Origin: Hypanus sabinus
Lineage: Eukaryota
Direction of reading: 5' to 3'
Assembly (NCBI RefSeq): GCF_030144855.1
Contig: NW_026779371.1
Coordinates: 62,001 to 112,783 of the forward strand
Length of the DNA stretch: 50,783 bases
In this document: positions 11,004 through 22,789 of the stretch, in pieces
How positions within the stretch are numbered: the first letter of the stretch is position 1
Layout: the number at the start of each line of letters is the position of its first letter
Position numbers and translations under genes: made by a program
Notes under the pieces: generated by a model
Databases searched by the model: none
What the model was told of the DNA's origin: nothing
What the model saw: the letters and a program-made list of their open reading frames with translations, nothing else

Positions 11004-11399
11004 TGAAACTAAACGGAGCGGCATTGACTTCTGAGTGTGGTAGCGTTCAGTCGGCTGACTGGGCCTTGCGTCACAGAGGAGCACATTTTCATAACAAGCA
11101 ACCTCACAGCTCAGGTATCACTGAAAAAAAACCTTCTCTGCCTCATTGTGTCACACGGACAGCGATGATATCGAACGGAGGACCAATCTGCTTCAGGGAA
11201 ACGATGTTTTACGACAGAATCAGGTATGTGCAGCTGCATGCAAAGGTGCAACGCGATACTCGGATGGTTAGCGAGATAGATTGTTTTATAGAGATATACA
11301 TGACAAGATAGATTACAAGAGAGATCAATACATACGCAGACAAACATACGTACATAATACACACAAATATACAGCGTCACAGTGATCTACTAGTCCTTT

Positions 11400-11600
11400 C
11401 GTCGCTTTACAACCCCAGCAGCCTGGGTTCTGTTCCTTCCGCCGGGACAAGAAGTTCGGACGTTCCTCGCACTGACGGCGTGAGTTCCCGTAGGTGCCCC
11501 GTTTCCACCCTGCAAGGACGTACGGGACAGGAGCTTAATTCGTCACATAAGTGTAATTGGACGGCGAGGTTTCATTGGGTCTGATGGTCCTCCTTGCGAG
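11400..11600 (+). mobile_element. tRNA-derived SINE (V-SINE/HE1-like), decayed
   Basis: cctgggttc...cgttcctcgcactgacggcgtgagtt...ggtgccccgtttcc...aaggacgtacggg follows the V-SINE central domain as I recall it. Confidence 0.5.
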
Positions 11601-11964
11601 TTTTTTTTTATGAAACCTGGAATAGAACTGAGTGCCTACACAAAGAGGAGCAGAAAAACTGGTAGAAACTGTGCCCGAGAAACGGACACACAGGTCGCTC
11701 AACGACACCAATAGCTTCTCATTTCATGTTCTGCCCCGCACACCTGCTCTGGCGGTTACAATGCACACATATTGACACTGTAACTTCGCGCAGTTCCGTT
11801 TTCTGCTCTGAATGCAACATTATTCAGTGACGGAGGGATTGGGATGCCAATGATTGTAGCAGGGGCGGGGCGTTGCAATTCAAGCAGCAACCTTACCCAG
11901 TCATTGTATCTGTTCTCACACCCCGAACAGGTCCTACTCTTCCAGAAGTAAAACTTTGTGCAGG

Positions 11965-12985
11965 ATGCTCTTGGTCCTGGCGTGTCTGACCTGCTTCTAC
12001 AGTAAGGAATATACGCAACGACGACGAATAATCAAATCTGATGTTCCCTGCTTCTATGATTTCATTCTTTCTGTCTCATTCTGTCTTATCCACTTTTGCA
12101 CATTATCTCTACTTCACGCTCACCTCCTTTTCCTGTAAGTATCATCATTATGGACCCGTGTTCCTCTGGCTCCTCATTTTCCGGCTTTGCTCTGCCATTA
12201 TTTCCATGCTTGGCCTCTTTCAGAACTTCTCCACTCTCATTCTCGCGTTGCCTCGCTCTTTCGCTCCGAATGACTCTCTGCATTCTCGCTCTCCTTTATT
12301 CCCTGCCTCCCGCTCGCTCCACATCTCTCCTGTCCATCCTTCGCTCTCAACCTCGCCCACTCTGTTCCTACCATCTCAGCTTCCGCGGGGACCGTGTATC
12401 GCCATTTTTCTCGCACCTCCCTCTTACGCTTCTCTCTCTCTCTCTCTACTCTACCTCTTCTCATTTCTTTATTTATCTCTCAGCCTTTCAATAGTTACCT
12501 CTCCTCGCTCCTTCCCCAGTTCGACTTCCATTCACTGTGCACCGCCACATCGTTCCCGCATCCTCCCTATTTCTCTACCTCTATCCATAAACATCACCTT
12601 ATCGATTTCTCTATATCTCCAACTCATCTCTTCCTGGCGCGCTCAGGTTATTTCTCTGTCACGTTCTGTTTTTTTTTTCTCTCTAACTGTCTGGTCCTCT
12701 CCCTAGAATGTTCAATAGACTATCGAAAAAGAACATGACAGAAAAATGAGAAAAGAAACCAGAACAGATCACACCCAAGTAAAGCCCACGCCACCACCCC
12801 CACCCCACCCGATTACATTTCCTCAGGTATCCAAGGAAAGCCGCCTGGACGCCTCCGAACTCGTACACGCAGGCATACGGTTTTCATCAATCAGTGAGTC
12901 CGACACCCTTCATCAAGACCCCTGTTTCCGTTATTTAAGATTCAATTCGTCTTCGGTATTTTTCAACGAATGTAGTTAAATCTAC
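11965..12985 (+). pseudogene. Probable V pseudogene V4: clear leader 11965-12001, heavily degraded downstream exon
   Basis: MLLVLACLTCFY with a|gtaagg donor (37 nt, the same length as other leaders here). GC box upstream and a pyrimidine-rich intron. cctcag|GT ATC CAA GGA (SIQG) and SDTLHQDP resemble FR1. The rest is interrupted by a SINE. Confidence 0.4.
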
Positions 12986-13130
12986 CATTGGACAGACTGA
13001 CGCAGCTGAGGGAGTTACCGCGTCGAAAACCACACGTTCAATTCTAAGCGGAGTTTGCACGTCCCACAGTAATCTTGTCGGGTTTTCCCCGGACGGAGAA
13101 ATATCACGTAGGTTCAATGGTTAGTTGGAG
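12985..13130 (+). mobile_element. V-SINE/HE1-like SINE fragment
   Basis: gacgcagctgagggagttaccgcg...gcggagtttgcacgt...gggttttccccgg. Confidence 0.5.
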
Positions 13131-13186
13131 GTAAGAATGGTTCCCTTTGGCCAAATAGTAACTTCGGGGTTGAATATACGGCGGAG

Positions 13187-13202
13187 GCTGCAGGGGGCGC
13201 TG
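13187..13202 (+). promoter_or_regulatory. CTCF-like motif
   Basis: GCTGCAGGGGGCGCTG. Confidence 0.5.
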
Positions 13203-13569
13203 TTGCACCGTGAAACACTGGGGCTGAAGATCGCCGTGTCTATACGGCATCTGTTTTGATGGGGCTGTCTCGCTTGGTGAGGTCGTTATTCCTTTCCTGA
13301 CAACAGATCCCGGCCTTGTTTAAACGAGGTATGCTGAGGTGACAGGTTTTCAGCTCAGTAACGAAGCCATCAGAGTTTGAAGATCGTCCAATTTATTTAT
13401 GTTTGTCAGTACTTCCTAATTATCTATCTACTTACTTAACTATTACTTTATTTGTTTATTCTCTTACTTACTTAGTCACATACTCTCTTGTTTTTAAATA
13501 GCCTCCTTCAAGCCGCGCCACCCACCCATTTCAGAATTAACCTTCGCCGCATCCCGGCGCATTTTGCAA

Positions 13570-13660
13570 CCAGCAATTAACCTAACCACCAGTACTTCGG
13601 TAGACTGCGGGAAGAAAGCGTAGCAGAGTGGCGGGACGTGGAAAGTTCTTACAGACAGCG
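13570..13660 (-). mobile_element. V-SINE-like fragment
   Basis: Reverse complement gctgtctgtaagaactttccacgt...ggtggttaggtta. Confidence 0.45.
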
Positions 13661-14729
13661 GCTTAACCTGATCTACCTAATTTACCTCCCTCGCCACACT
13701 CCAGCTGATTTTTTACTCACACCCTACTCCTCTCTTCATTCACAATCTCTCCCTTCCGTCTTCTTTTTTTTTCCTGATGCTTTTATTCCTCCCCCCCCCC
13801 ACTTACAGCCGACCTCCTCATCCCATTCATAAACTTGCCTTTCACATCCAGTGCCGGTCACAATCCATCAGTGTTTCCTCTCTGAGCTCAAAAATGACCC
13901 TTGTAGTTATGGACCGACTACCTTGTCAAACAAATTACATTCGACGTTTATAATAGTATAAACCCGTTTGTGAAAATAAGCCCGGCCGATCCATCCTCAA
14001 TTCATCTGCAGTCGTCCTATCCAGGATGCACTCCTATGAATATCTCCTCCTCTCTTCCTATTGTCGCAATACCATTCCTGTCCAAGCTGTGTGCAATATT
14101 CCGGTTCTGGTCTAATCCACCTTCAATTCATTACGACTTCTTTCACCTTACACTCAATGCCCTCCACAAGGAAAGGGAGACTGTTTCTCCTTTCTCAGCG
14201 TCGATGGCAGAAGGACGGAGTAACGTCTCCTATGAGATGAAATAATTTTAGCATGGAACTATGGGCGGCGAAATTCACGGGGTAATTTTAATTGTAAAGG
14301 CGATCGAAAGCAAACAAATAAAAGAATGAAAGAAAATCCGGTGTTCCGGAAAAAAAATAAGTGTTCCATTTCTAAAGGCAGGAAGAGCGTCTCTTTTGGA
14401 AAACAGCAGGTAACGGAAAGTTTGTGACAGGGCAGAATCAAAAGAGCGTCTGTGCAATTAAATCTCATGGTCTCGATTCCGCCTCATATTCAGGTAAATC
14501 GTTGTCAGTACGGGGCTTGTTGGAGAGTGCTGACTGTGCGTGACGTCACAGTGCTGGTGTAAGAGCTGGCATCTTGCCAGAAGTTTGGGCACCTGTTCTC
14601 CGACCGTTGTTACCAAAACCTTCTGCTTCCAGTCCGCATCGCGTTTCCTCTGTCAAATGCAAAGATAGACAAGACGCGACCACAGAGCCAAGTGTGCTTG
14701 CTGAGTCACGCCTTTTACAGGCAGTCTGA

Positions 14730-14768
14730 GGTTTTTGTCGAGCTCTTCGCTCTCGGCGCGTCACTGTG
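14730..14768 (-). other. Consensus 23-RSS of V5
   Basis: CACAGTG, 23-nt spacer acgcgccgagagcgaagagctcg, ACAAAAACC. Confidence 0.97.
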
Positions 14769-15443
14769 TAGACTCCAGGCGCAGAAATACACGGCCGAGT
14801 GATTCACCCGCAGGCTGTTGGTCACCAGTTTGTTCTCGTTAACTTTAAGCGCCTGCAGGGTAAATCCATCAACTTCCCCGTCTGGATTCCTAATGTTAGC
14901 ACCGTAGCTGTAGAACATGAACTGCGGCCCCTGCCCCGGGTACTGGCGGTACCAGTAAACGGTATAAGTGCTGCTGCCCTCCACGTTGCAGGACAGCGCC
15001 ATCCGGTTCCCCGGAAATCCGGAAAAAGCCGGTGGAGACTGCCGGATAGTTTGCGAGTTCGCGGCTGGGGAAGAGAGGAGCGGAGTATGACGTCAGTAGG
15101 CAGGTACACTCGGATCATGGAGAAAGGGAGCAAGGAAGGAGAGGATAAATGCGGGAAGCAGAGACATATGGGGAAAAGAGAAAGAAATGGGAAAGGTACA
15201 GAGAGAGTGAGAGAATAGAATAAAATAAATATAATTGGATGGATAGAGCTGAAAACTAAATTGCAAACCGGAGCAACGATGAAAAAAGTGAGAAAGAAAA
15301 GCTAGAGAGCGTTGGAAAATTAAGTATTGCAAGAATTAACGGAGCACAGAAAGGGTAATGCAGAATTGGTTGCTTAAACTACTCGGAAATTGCAGCTGTC
15401 CTTTACCGTGAAACCAGATTAGCAGCTCCAATAACAAGTACAT
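14769..15443 (-). CDS. TRBV: Functional-looking TCR beta V segment V5 (TRBV30-like); leader 15443-15407, V exon 15064-14769
   Basis: Leader MYLLLELLIWFH with g|gtaaag donor and ccccag| acceptor. Exon reads AANSQTIRQSPPAFSGFPGNRMALSCNVEGSSTYTVYWYRQYPGQGPQFMFYSYGANIRNPDGEVDGFT...VNHSAVYFCAWSL. Both Cys and Trp are present, there are no stops, and the RSS is perfect. Confidence 0.93.
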
Positions 15444-15544
15444 TTTTCAACTCAGACAGTTTTCTCCAAGCGGAAGGGCTTTCGGAATGAACCACCTTTT
15501 GAATGCCTTGTCAGGGTGAACGGACAAAGCTCCGCCCCTCAACC

Positions 15545-15554
15545 ATACGTCACT
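15545..15554 (-). promoter_or_regulatory. V-beta decamer variant upstream of V5
   Basis: AGTGACGTAT (8/10 match), about 100 bp upstream of the ATG. An adjacent ccgcccc GC box gives the same layout as V3. Confidence 0.6.
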
Positions 15555-16781
15555 GAGTAGCGACACTGGAAGCTTTGAGTTTCAATGGTGTATGGATCAA
15601 TTCATTTGCCGATCCGGATGTTATTCGAAAGGTCGGGCCCCATTCCAAGTTCAGAAGGACAGCGGGAGCGGGAACGACAACGGGGACATGACGATGTAAC
15701 TTCAATGTCTCACATTGAGTCATCGTACCGCTTTGGGAGGCGCAGAGGGGTATATAAGCAGGGAGGTACGGATTACGTTCAGCAGAAAGACAGAATTACT
15801 TCGTATATGGTGGTCCCAAGTGCGATTTCCCGTGTCGTTCATAAATTACTAATAGCAGAGTTGTAGAATATGTATTACAGACGCTGACCTCAAGGCCCGA
15901 AAGTTTATTGTTTGAGATGTCTAGATGGCAGCATCGTATACTAGTGCATTACTGAAAAAGACGCTTCGGTCTAAATTGCAAACTCCGATAAATAACTTCA
16001 TTACTCCCGTCATGCAAACTATAATCATGCCAGAAATTCGGCAGGGATGACGATTGTAGCGAACATTGAAAGTGTATAGCACGGAATTCTCCAGATTGCA
16101 GCGAACTAAGCGAAGCAGAACTTGTTATATGACAACGAACCACTTGGCTGCTCGTTAGATTTCGAGAATGGGATTAACAGGGCACGCAACCGCTTAGCTC
16201 TGCGACCCTGCAGCTGAGACTTGTCAAACCTAAAGCCATATTCTTTTGTAGAGTGCCGCCCTGCGGCCGCAATAGGAACAACCCTGCCACAGCAGCTTGT
16301 GGAACGGAGACAGTCACGACTGCGACGGGATTATTCGCCCGAATGTGATGGTGCTGTGACAGAATAGACTACTAACCAGTAACCCTAACCATACATCTGT
16401 CTCTCTATCTGCCTGCAAGTAAATAAATATCAAGTTTATCTCTGTTGTCACATACGTACTTCGATAATAAATTTATTCTGATTGGGACTTTGACTGCATC
16501 GAGACCTGTAAAATCTCCGGAGCATAGATGAGAAGCATCATCATTATTTTCCGTGGGTAGGATGAATTAACCCCAAATTATAGAATTTCATTCTGAGGGA
16601 CATCTGTTTACGCTCAAATGATGTTAGACACACGGAATGAGTTGCATGACGAAGTAGTATAATAGGGTACGTTTACCACATTCGGGCAGCTACACAGATG
16701 GTATCGCTTCAAGGATGTATTAAGTAAACGGAGGCAAATATAAGTAAAGTACACACGCTCCCTTCGTACTGTAACTCCAAG

Positions 16782-16797
16782 CCAACAGAGGGCGCTC
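16782..16797 (+). promoter_or_regulatory. CTCF-like motif
   Basis: CCAACAGAGGGCGCTC. Confidence 0.6.
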
Positions 16798-17049
16798 TAC
16801 GACAAAATGCGGCGACATTGACTTCTGATTGGGAAGCTGCCGTTCAGCCCCCCAGTCACCGCAACACACACGAGCGGGTGTCCTGAACCAACAAATTCAT
16901 GTCTCACGTTCGCTGACTGTGCTTCCCTCCATCTCTGACGGACCGATTACATGAAGCAGAGACATCAAAGGTCCAGGTGCAGTTCGTGCTATTATCTTGA
17001 AGATATCATGAAGGATATTATCTTGAAGGATGGCCACAGGCAGACACAC

Positions 17050-17420
17050 GAATAGAAAAAAAAACTTACCCCGACATCTCCTCTGTAACTACTTCAAACC
17101 GCCTTCAAACTGTGCCTTCTCGTGCTTGTCATTGCAGCCCGGGGAAAAAGGCTCGGACTGTCCACCTGATGTATCTTGTACACCTCTTTCAGGTCACCTC
17201 TCATCCTCCGTTGCTCCCAGTTGTTCATTCAACCTATTCTCATAAGGCATGTTCCCCAAACCAGGCAACATTCTTCTAATTCTGCTCAGCACCCTTTCTA
17301 TGGTTTCCATGTCCTTCCTCTAGTGATGAGACAGAACTGTGCACAGTACTCCAAGTGTTGTTTGACCAGAGACCTATACAGCTGCTACATTACCTCTCGG
17401 CTCTTAAACTCAATTGGTCC
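17050..17420 (-). mobile_element. CR1 LINE 3' fragment
   Basis: Reverse complement encodes LVKQHLEYCAQF-like CR1 sequence. Confidence 0.65.
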
Positions 17421-17529
17421 ATTAGGAGATTTTTTTTAAAGAATCAATTTCTTAACAGCAGATCCAATTAGCTGATTATGACTCCGACTCAAAGTCCCAA
17501 ATCCCAAATCATCTGTTTAATAAAAGGCA

Positions 17530-17610
17530 GAATATTATGCCGTTATCAGTCACCTGACAATAAATTATATTTTTCTTGAATGTTCATCCAGTATTGGCGG
17601 CTGCACCGCT
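17530..17610 (+). pseudogene. V2-family remnant V6 (intron end and exon start)
   Basis: aatattatgccgttatcagtcacctgac...ccag|tattggcggctgcacc parallels the V2 intron and exon start (aatattatgccgtgtc...gcag|gtctgtcggctgcacc). It is cut by the adjacent retroelement. Confidence 0.6.
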
Positions 17611-17990
17611 CATTTCACAATTGCTGTGGTCGTCTGTCCTGCTCTGTTGGTACTTGGTATTGTGGCTTTCTTAATATTTACGTAGATATTGCTGCCTAGG
17701 CCTAATTGTGTAATGCTATTCTGTATTGTCTTTTCGATGATACCTGTTGTAGATATTACTTTCGGAACAGCGAATACCTTGTTCGTGTTCCAAACTCTTT
17801 CAATTTCCTCTTGCAATTCGGCATATTTCTGGTGATTTTTCTCTTACTGACTTCTGTATGTTTTGTGTGATAAAAGGAAAACATTTGTTGGAAGGCTGAT
17901 GAACATCTGCCAATCTGATTTCAAAAGTAAACATAAAGCAAAAGTAATTCGGTTCCGATATTAATATTATAATACCTTGAAAAAGCACGA
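17605..17990 (-). mobile_element. R4/Dong-like non-LTR retrotransposon, restriction-like endonuclease C-terminus
   Basis: EKNHQKYAELQEEIERVWNTNKVFAVPKVISTTGII...LGLGSNIYVNIKKATI. Confidence 0.6.
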
Positions 17991-18039
17991 AGGAAAAATG
18001 GAAAAAAAAAACGGGGGCTTTAGCAATCTATCAAGTAGA

Positions 18040-18215
18040 CAGATAAGAACGATGAGGTCATATCTTCATCATCATCATCGAAAACAGGATTCAACGCTCC
18101 TCGGGAGAGCATATAATTGTAATATGAAGTACACACCACTAATCCTAAATAAGATCATTACCCAGAGAAATGAAGATAAAGTTAACAAATGGAAGAGGAT
18201 GACGCACAACTGAAA
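18040..18215 (+). mobile_element. Second R4/Dong-like fragment
   Basis: KYTPLILNKIITQRNEDKVNKWKRMTH resembles the region after the RT domain in R4/Dong elements (from recall). Confidence 0.4.
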
Positions 18216-18469
18216 AAAAAAACCTTGATTTTACCAGCAAAGAGGAATGGGGCCGAAGGGCTCTCTCTGCACCGCCTGATACATAAGGCCTGGCAATTGC
18301 TATTACTAACCAAAGTAGACGATGAGTTTTCTATGACGTAAGCAGACGATCAATTGACAAATGTCATGCTCGGTCAGGCGTCATTTATGGTGATCCAGTC
18401 CATCGACAAGAGTCAAGGTGAAAAAGGGAAGAGGGCGCTTTCGCTCCCGAACAGCGTTTCAGAAGGGCA

Positions 18470-18740
18470 ATGCATCTCCCGGCTGACGTGTCCCTCGCCT
18501 TTCTCACTTTATCCCTGACTCTCCCGGACCACTGTGAGTTTTATTTTGATGAATTATTTTTTTAGAGCGCTTCGAGTCAGCTGATATTATCACGGATTCA
18601 AAGACGATTCCATATCATTTGTTTTATAAAACGTGAATATTATGCCGTTATCAGCCACCTGACCATGAATTATTGTCACTTGCATACTAATCCAGTATCG
18701 GCGGCTGCATCGACATTCAAATGTGATCTTGGCTGATCTC
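18470..18740 (+). pseudogene. V2-family pseudogene V7; leader 18470-18533, V exon truncated shortly after 18696
   Basis: MHLPADVSLAFLTLSLTLPDH with t|gtgagt donor (64 nt, same as the V2 leader). The intron end is homologous to V2. The exon reads SAAASTFKCDLG*. TGACGTAA lies upstream at 18334. Confidence 0.75.
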
Positions 18741-18953
18741 ACCATGGACTCATCTACACCTACATGTCTTTTCTCCATAACCTCCACTAGTATGAAAAAA
18801 ATCTATCCAACCTTTTCTTAACTATGTTTACTGAGGGAAAGTATGTTTATATGTTTATATGTAAATATATTTACTCCTCCACTACATCATGGGGGAGAAA
18901 ATTCGACAGCTGCTCAACTCTCTGGGAAAAGGTTCCTTGATATTGGCGCGTCA

Positions 18954-18969
18954 CCGGAAGATGGCGCTG
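18954..18969 (+). promoter_or_regulatory. CTCF-like motif (weaker)
   Basis: CCGGAAGATGGCGCTG. Confidence 0.4.
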
Positions 18970-19414
18970 TGAGTTTGGGAGTTGGAGTGCAAATATTAGG
19001 CTTCCTGGGAGTAGCGAAAACGGATGACCAAGAGGTGATGACGGTGCACGGTGAGTGTGCACCTGCTGAGACATTTTACACAGGAATTTTGCACGTCATG
19101 CTTTCCAGTCGTTCGTTGGGCCTGACTGGAGTATTGTCTTCACTCTTGGTAGAAATCGTACACGACAGACGAGATTCAGCTGAAGCAGCAGCAGACTGGA
19201 TTCACAAAGATTGAACTTTACTGGCTTACCGGATTTATAAATATATATTCGAGTTCCTGATCGTGCATGGGCAAGGTTCGTTGTGCCAGGCAACGGGTGA
19301 AAAAAGGTGCCATTAAATTTGTTGGTCCTTCCCGCAGTCAAGACAGTTGTCCAAGTTTATATCAGGATTTGTTTGAAACGGGGAAGAGGTCAAGGGAACA
19401 GCGTCGGCTTCCAC

Positions 19415-19530
19415 CAATTAGCCGTACGACTCCCGCGGCGTCTGTAAGGAGTTCACCTCGAGATGTTGTGTGTTTTCGTCGGGTCTCTCGTTTCCTTCTG
19501 TATAACAAAGGATTAAAGTCGGCGTTCGGG
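19415..19530 (+). mobile_element. V-SINE-like fragment
   Basis: actcccgcggcgtctgtaaggagttc...gggtctctcgtttcc. Confidence 0.5.
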
Positions 19531-20259
19531 TTGGAAAGTTGTGGAAACGCTCTGATGGCACAGCGTTGACTTGCACAGAGAGCAGCAGGACACTAGGGGG
19601 TGTCATTGAGCAGAAAGCTAAAGGAATAATGAAGACAGTTCACTGAAATTGGCACCGCGCAGGAAGAAAATTGGGCGAACTCCTGGAGATCCGCCGACCA
19701 ATTCGAACCCGCGGAATTTCGCTCATTAGGTCGCTGAACTGATTGTAGAGACGTCAGCCTTACTTGCAGGGACATGCAACGAATCTTCTTGGTATAATGT
19801 TTTTATTTGCACGAACTTTTAATTTTCCTTTCTCAGACTCAGTTTGGTATGGTTATTCACGAATTTATGCTGTATTTCCCCGCAAATACCTGCAGGTTAA
19901 TAAATCTCAAGGCCCCTGTGGTGTCATATACGTACTTCGATAATAAATTTATTTTCATTTGGACTTTGACTTTATCGAGACCTGTAAAAATATCTGGGAG
20001 ATTACATAAGATGCCTCATCGTTATTTGCTGTGTTTCGGACAGATTAAACTCAAATTACAGCAGTTCATGTTGAGGGACATATGCTTGTATTCGGATAAA
20101 GTGTGATAGGTGGACTGAGTTGCTGCATGACGAGGTAGAGAAGTTTACGTTTACTAGAGTCCTGCAGGGTCAGCAGTGGTAAAGCTTTCAAGACGTATTG
20201 AGGAAACGGAGGCAAATGGAGTTGGAATACAGAGGACCCTGTAGAACCATAACATCAAG

Positions 20260-20275
20260 CCGAAAGAGGGCGCTC
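20260..20275 (+). promoter_or_regulatory. CTCF-like motif (paralog of 16782)
   Basis: CCGAAAGAGGGCGCTC within a duplicated block. Confidence 0.45.
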
Positions 20276-20479
20276 TTCGTCCAAAACTGGCGACATTGAT
20301 TTCTGTTTTTTTTTTCAGCTGCCTTTCACCCAAACAGTCAGCTCATCACACAAGACCAGGTGTTCTGAACCACCAGATTCCTGTCTCACCTGCCCTCACT
20401 GCAGCTGTCTTCATCTCGTACGGAGCGATCACATGGAGCAGAAACTTCAAAGATCTAAGTGCGGTTCACCTTAGGAAAG

Positions 20480-21960
20480 ATGGCGCTGGAGTTTTAGAAA
20501 GTATCAGGTTGGATCAGTCGCCGGGACCGGATGAGACGTATCCCAGGTAACTGCAGGAGACAAGGGTGGAGATTGCTGAGCCTCTGACGACGATTTTTGC
20601 ATCATCAATTGCGTCGCGAGTGATTCCGGAGGACTGGCGGCTTGCGGATGTTGTTACATTATTCAAGAAAGTGGGTACAGATAGCGCAGGAAATTACAGA
20701 CCATTGAGACTTACTTCAGTGGTTGTTAAGTTAATGAAGATGATCGTGAGAGGCAGGATTTATGAACATTTGGAAAGGTATAATATGATTAGGAATAGTC
20801 AGCATGACTTTGACCAGGGCAGGTCATACATTACATCAGTAATTGGATGTTTCGAGGATTTGACTAAACATGGAGGTGAAGGAAGAGAATCGTGTATATG
20901 GATTTCAGCAAGGCATTTAAAAAGGTACCCAATCAATGGTTTGTTGAGAAAGTACGGAGGCATGGGATCCATGGGGACATTGCTTTGAGGATCCAGAACT
21001 GGCTTGCACACCGAAGGCAAATACAGTTTGTAGACGGGTGATAGACTGCGTGCATGTCGGTAAACTGGAAGTATGGGTTAGTAAACTTAGTGATGACACA
21101 AAGGTTGGATTATTGTGGATAGTGTGGAGATCTGTCCGAAGTTCCAGCGGGACATTCATTGGTCGGAAACCTGGGCAGAGTAGTGGCAGATGATGTTCAA
21201 CCCAGGTATGTGTGAAGTGGTTCGTTTTGTTAGTTAAAATATAATGGCAGAATATAGTATTATTGGCAAGATTCTTGGCAGTTTCAAGGTTCGGAAGGAT
21301 CCTGTGGTCCGAGTCCATAGGACGCTCAAAGTAGCTGCATTGACTCTGTGGTCAAAAAGGCGTATGGAGCTGCATTGACTCTGCGGTCAAAAAGGCGTAT
21401 GGAGCTTTCGCCTTCATCAGTCGTGGGATTGTGTTCAAGAGGTGAGAGGTTTCATTGCAGCTATACTGGACCCTGGTCAACCCCACTTGTAGTACTGTGC
21501 TCAGATTTAGTCCCCTCACTACAAGAAGGATGTGGAAAACATAGATAGGGTGTAGAGCAGATTTACATGTGTGTTGCCTGAATTGGGTTGCATGCCTTAC
21601 GAGAACAGGTTTTTTCTCCTTGGAGTGACGGAGGATGTGTGTTGACCTTACAGAGCTGTATAAGATGATGAGATACATTGATCATCTGGATAGTCAGAGA
21701 TTTTATCCCAGGGTTGAAATGGCTATCAGGAGAGGGCACAGTATTAAGCTGCTGGTAGGTGGCAGTGGAGATGTCAGGTTACATTTTCCAGGCAGGGGTT
21801 GGTGCTTACGTGTAATGACCTGCCGCTGACGGTGGTGAAGATAGATACGACAGGGTTTTTAAGATACTCCTGGATAGTCACATGAAGCTTAAAAAAATAG
21901 AGGCTTATTGGTAACACTAGCTAATTAATAAAGTAAATAATAAATTAATAAAGTAAAGCT
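20480..21960 (+). mobile_element. CR1 LINE, decayed ORF2 (RT to 3' end)
   Basis: SPGPDETYPR...EIAEPLTTIFASS...PEDWRLADVVTLFKK...GNYRPLRLTSVVVKLM...SQHDF. Confidence 0.9.
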
Positions 21961-22789
21961 CGGCAAAAATTGTGGTCCGAAGTTCTTGTAATGTGTTGTA
22001 GATTTTCTGTGTTTCGATAATTGCTAACTAATCATTTCTGCTTGTAAAATGAGCATAACCTTCAATTTTCACTATCGACCACTGTCTGCTTCGGCATCTT
22101 TTAAAGGCCACTTGTCCTTATGCATCGAACACCACAACATGAAGTGCATCCCATGTACGCACTACTCTCTGTGTAAACGTCTTGCCCTTTAGAGGGCATT
22201 TGAACCTACCGCATGAAAATTGCCCCACGCTTTGTATATGTTTGCAAATAAATAGTATTGTGTCATCTGCAAGATTTTTAATTCACTTATTTGCAGACAC
22301 CCTAATCTGTTTTATATATATCACAAATCCCAGAGGATTCACTGTCGGACATTACCTATGGACTGTTCTTTATGCGTTCTGATGAAAATGAGATTCCTGA
22401 GTTACAACATAAAATCTCTCCATCAGAATCTGCCACCTACTGGCTGCATACAAATCTACAAATCTACAAACAGCAGAGTTACTGAATTACCTGTGCACGG
22501 GCAGGTGTTTTGACTGTTATATACCCCCCGGGTTCACTCTTTCAGTGGACTGTCACTTCAAAGAGGCCAAGAGAATTAAGATTGACGTTGAGATACACCT
22601 GGATTTCTGCAGACTCTAAAATTTGCTACATTGCTATAGTGAGTGAGATGGCGTCATTTGGTGCGACATGAATGTTAACATTTTCCTGTGCCTTGTTTTC
22701 GCATATACAATGACGTAGAGACAGACTGTCAGAGTCTAGATCAATTTGTTCAATCCGAGACACCAGTGAGTATGACGCTGGTGTAAACA

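Noticed and set aside
12041-12706. 221-aa ORF and other ORFs over CT/GA-rich tracts (also 44023-44326 and 9809-10036)
   Set aside because: Low-complexity S/L/P- or R/E-rich translations of pyrimidine or purine tracts in introns.
12985-13085. STIGQTDAAEGVTASK...VCTS followed by CACAGTA, resembling a V FR3 and heptamer
   Set aside because: The nucleotide sequence matches a V-SINE head and core, and there is no nonamer at 12 or 23 spacing.
14541-14553. TGACGTCA overlapping a perfect CACAGTG on the plus strand
   Set aside because: No nonamer at 12 or 23 nt, and no associated leader or coding segment.
17700-17860. Plus-strand FGTANTLFV (J-like) and SCNSAYFW (V-end-like)
   Set aside because: It is antisense to the R4/Dong endonuclease ORF; no 12-RSS upstream and no splice donor after it.
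19418-19606. ORF with ERPDENTQHLEVNSLQ, resembling V FR3
   Set aside because: It is the antisense reading of a V-SINE fragment; no Cys, WYRQ or RSS.
22320-22450. NPRGFTV...IKSL..ESATYW, a V FR3-like remnant
   Set aside because: It needs frameshifts, has no Cys or RSS, and is too short to distinguish from chance.
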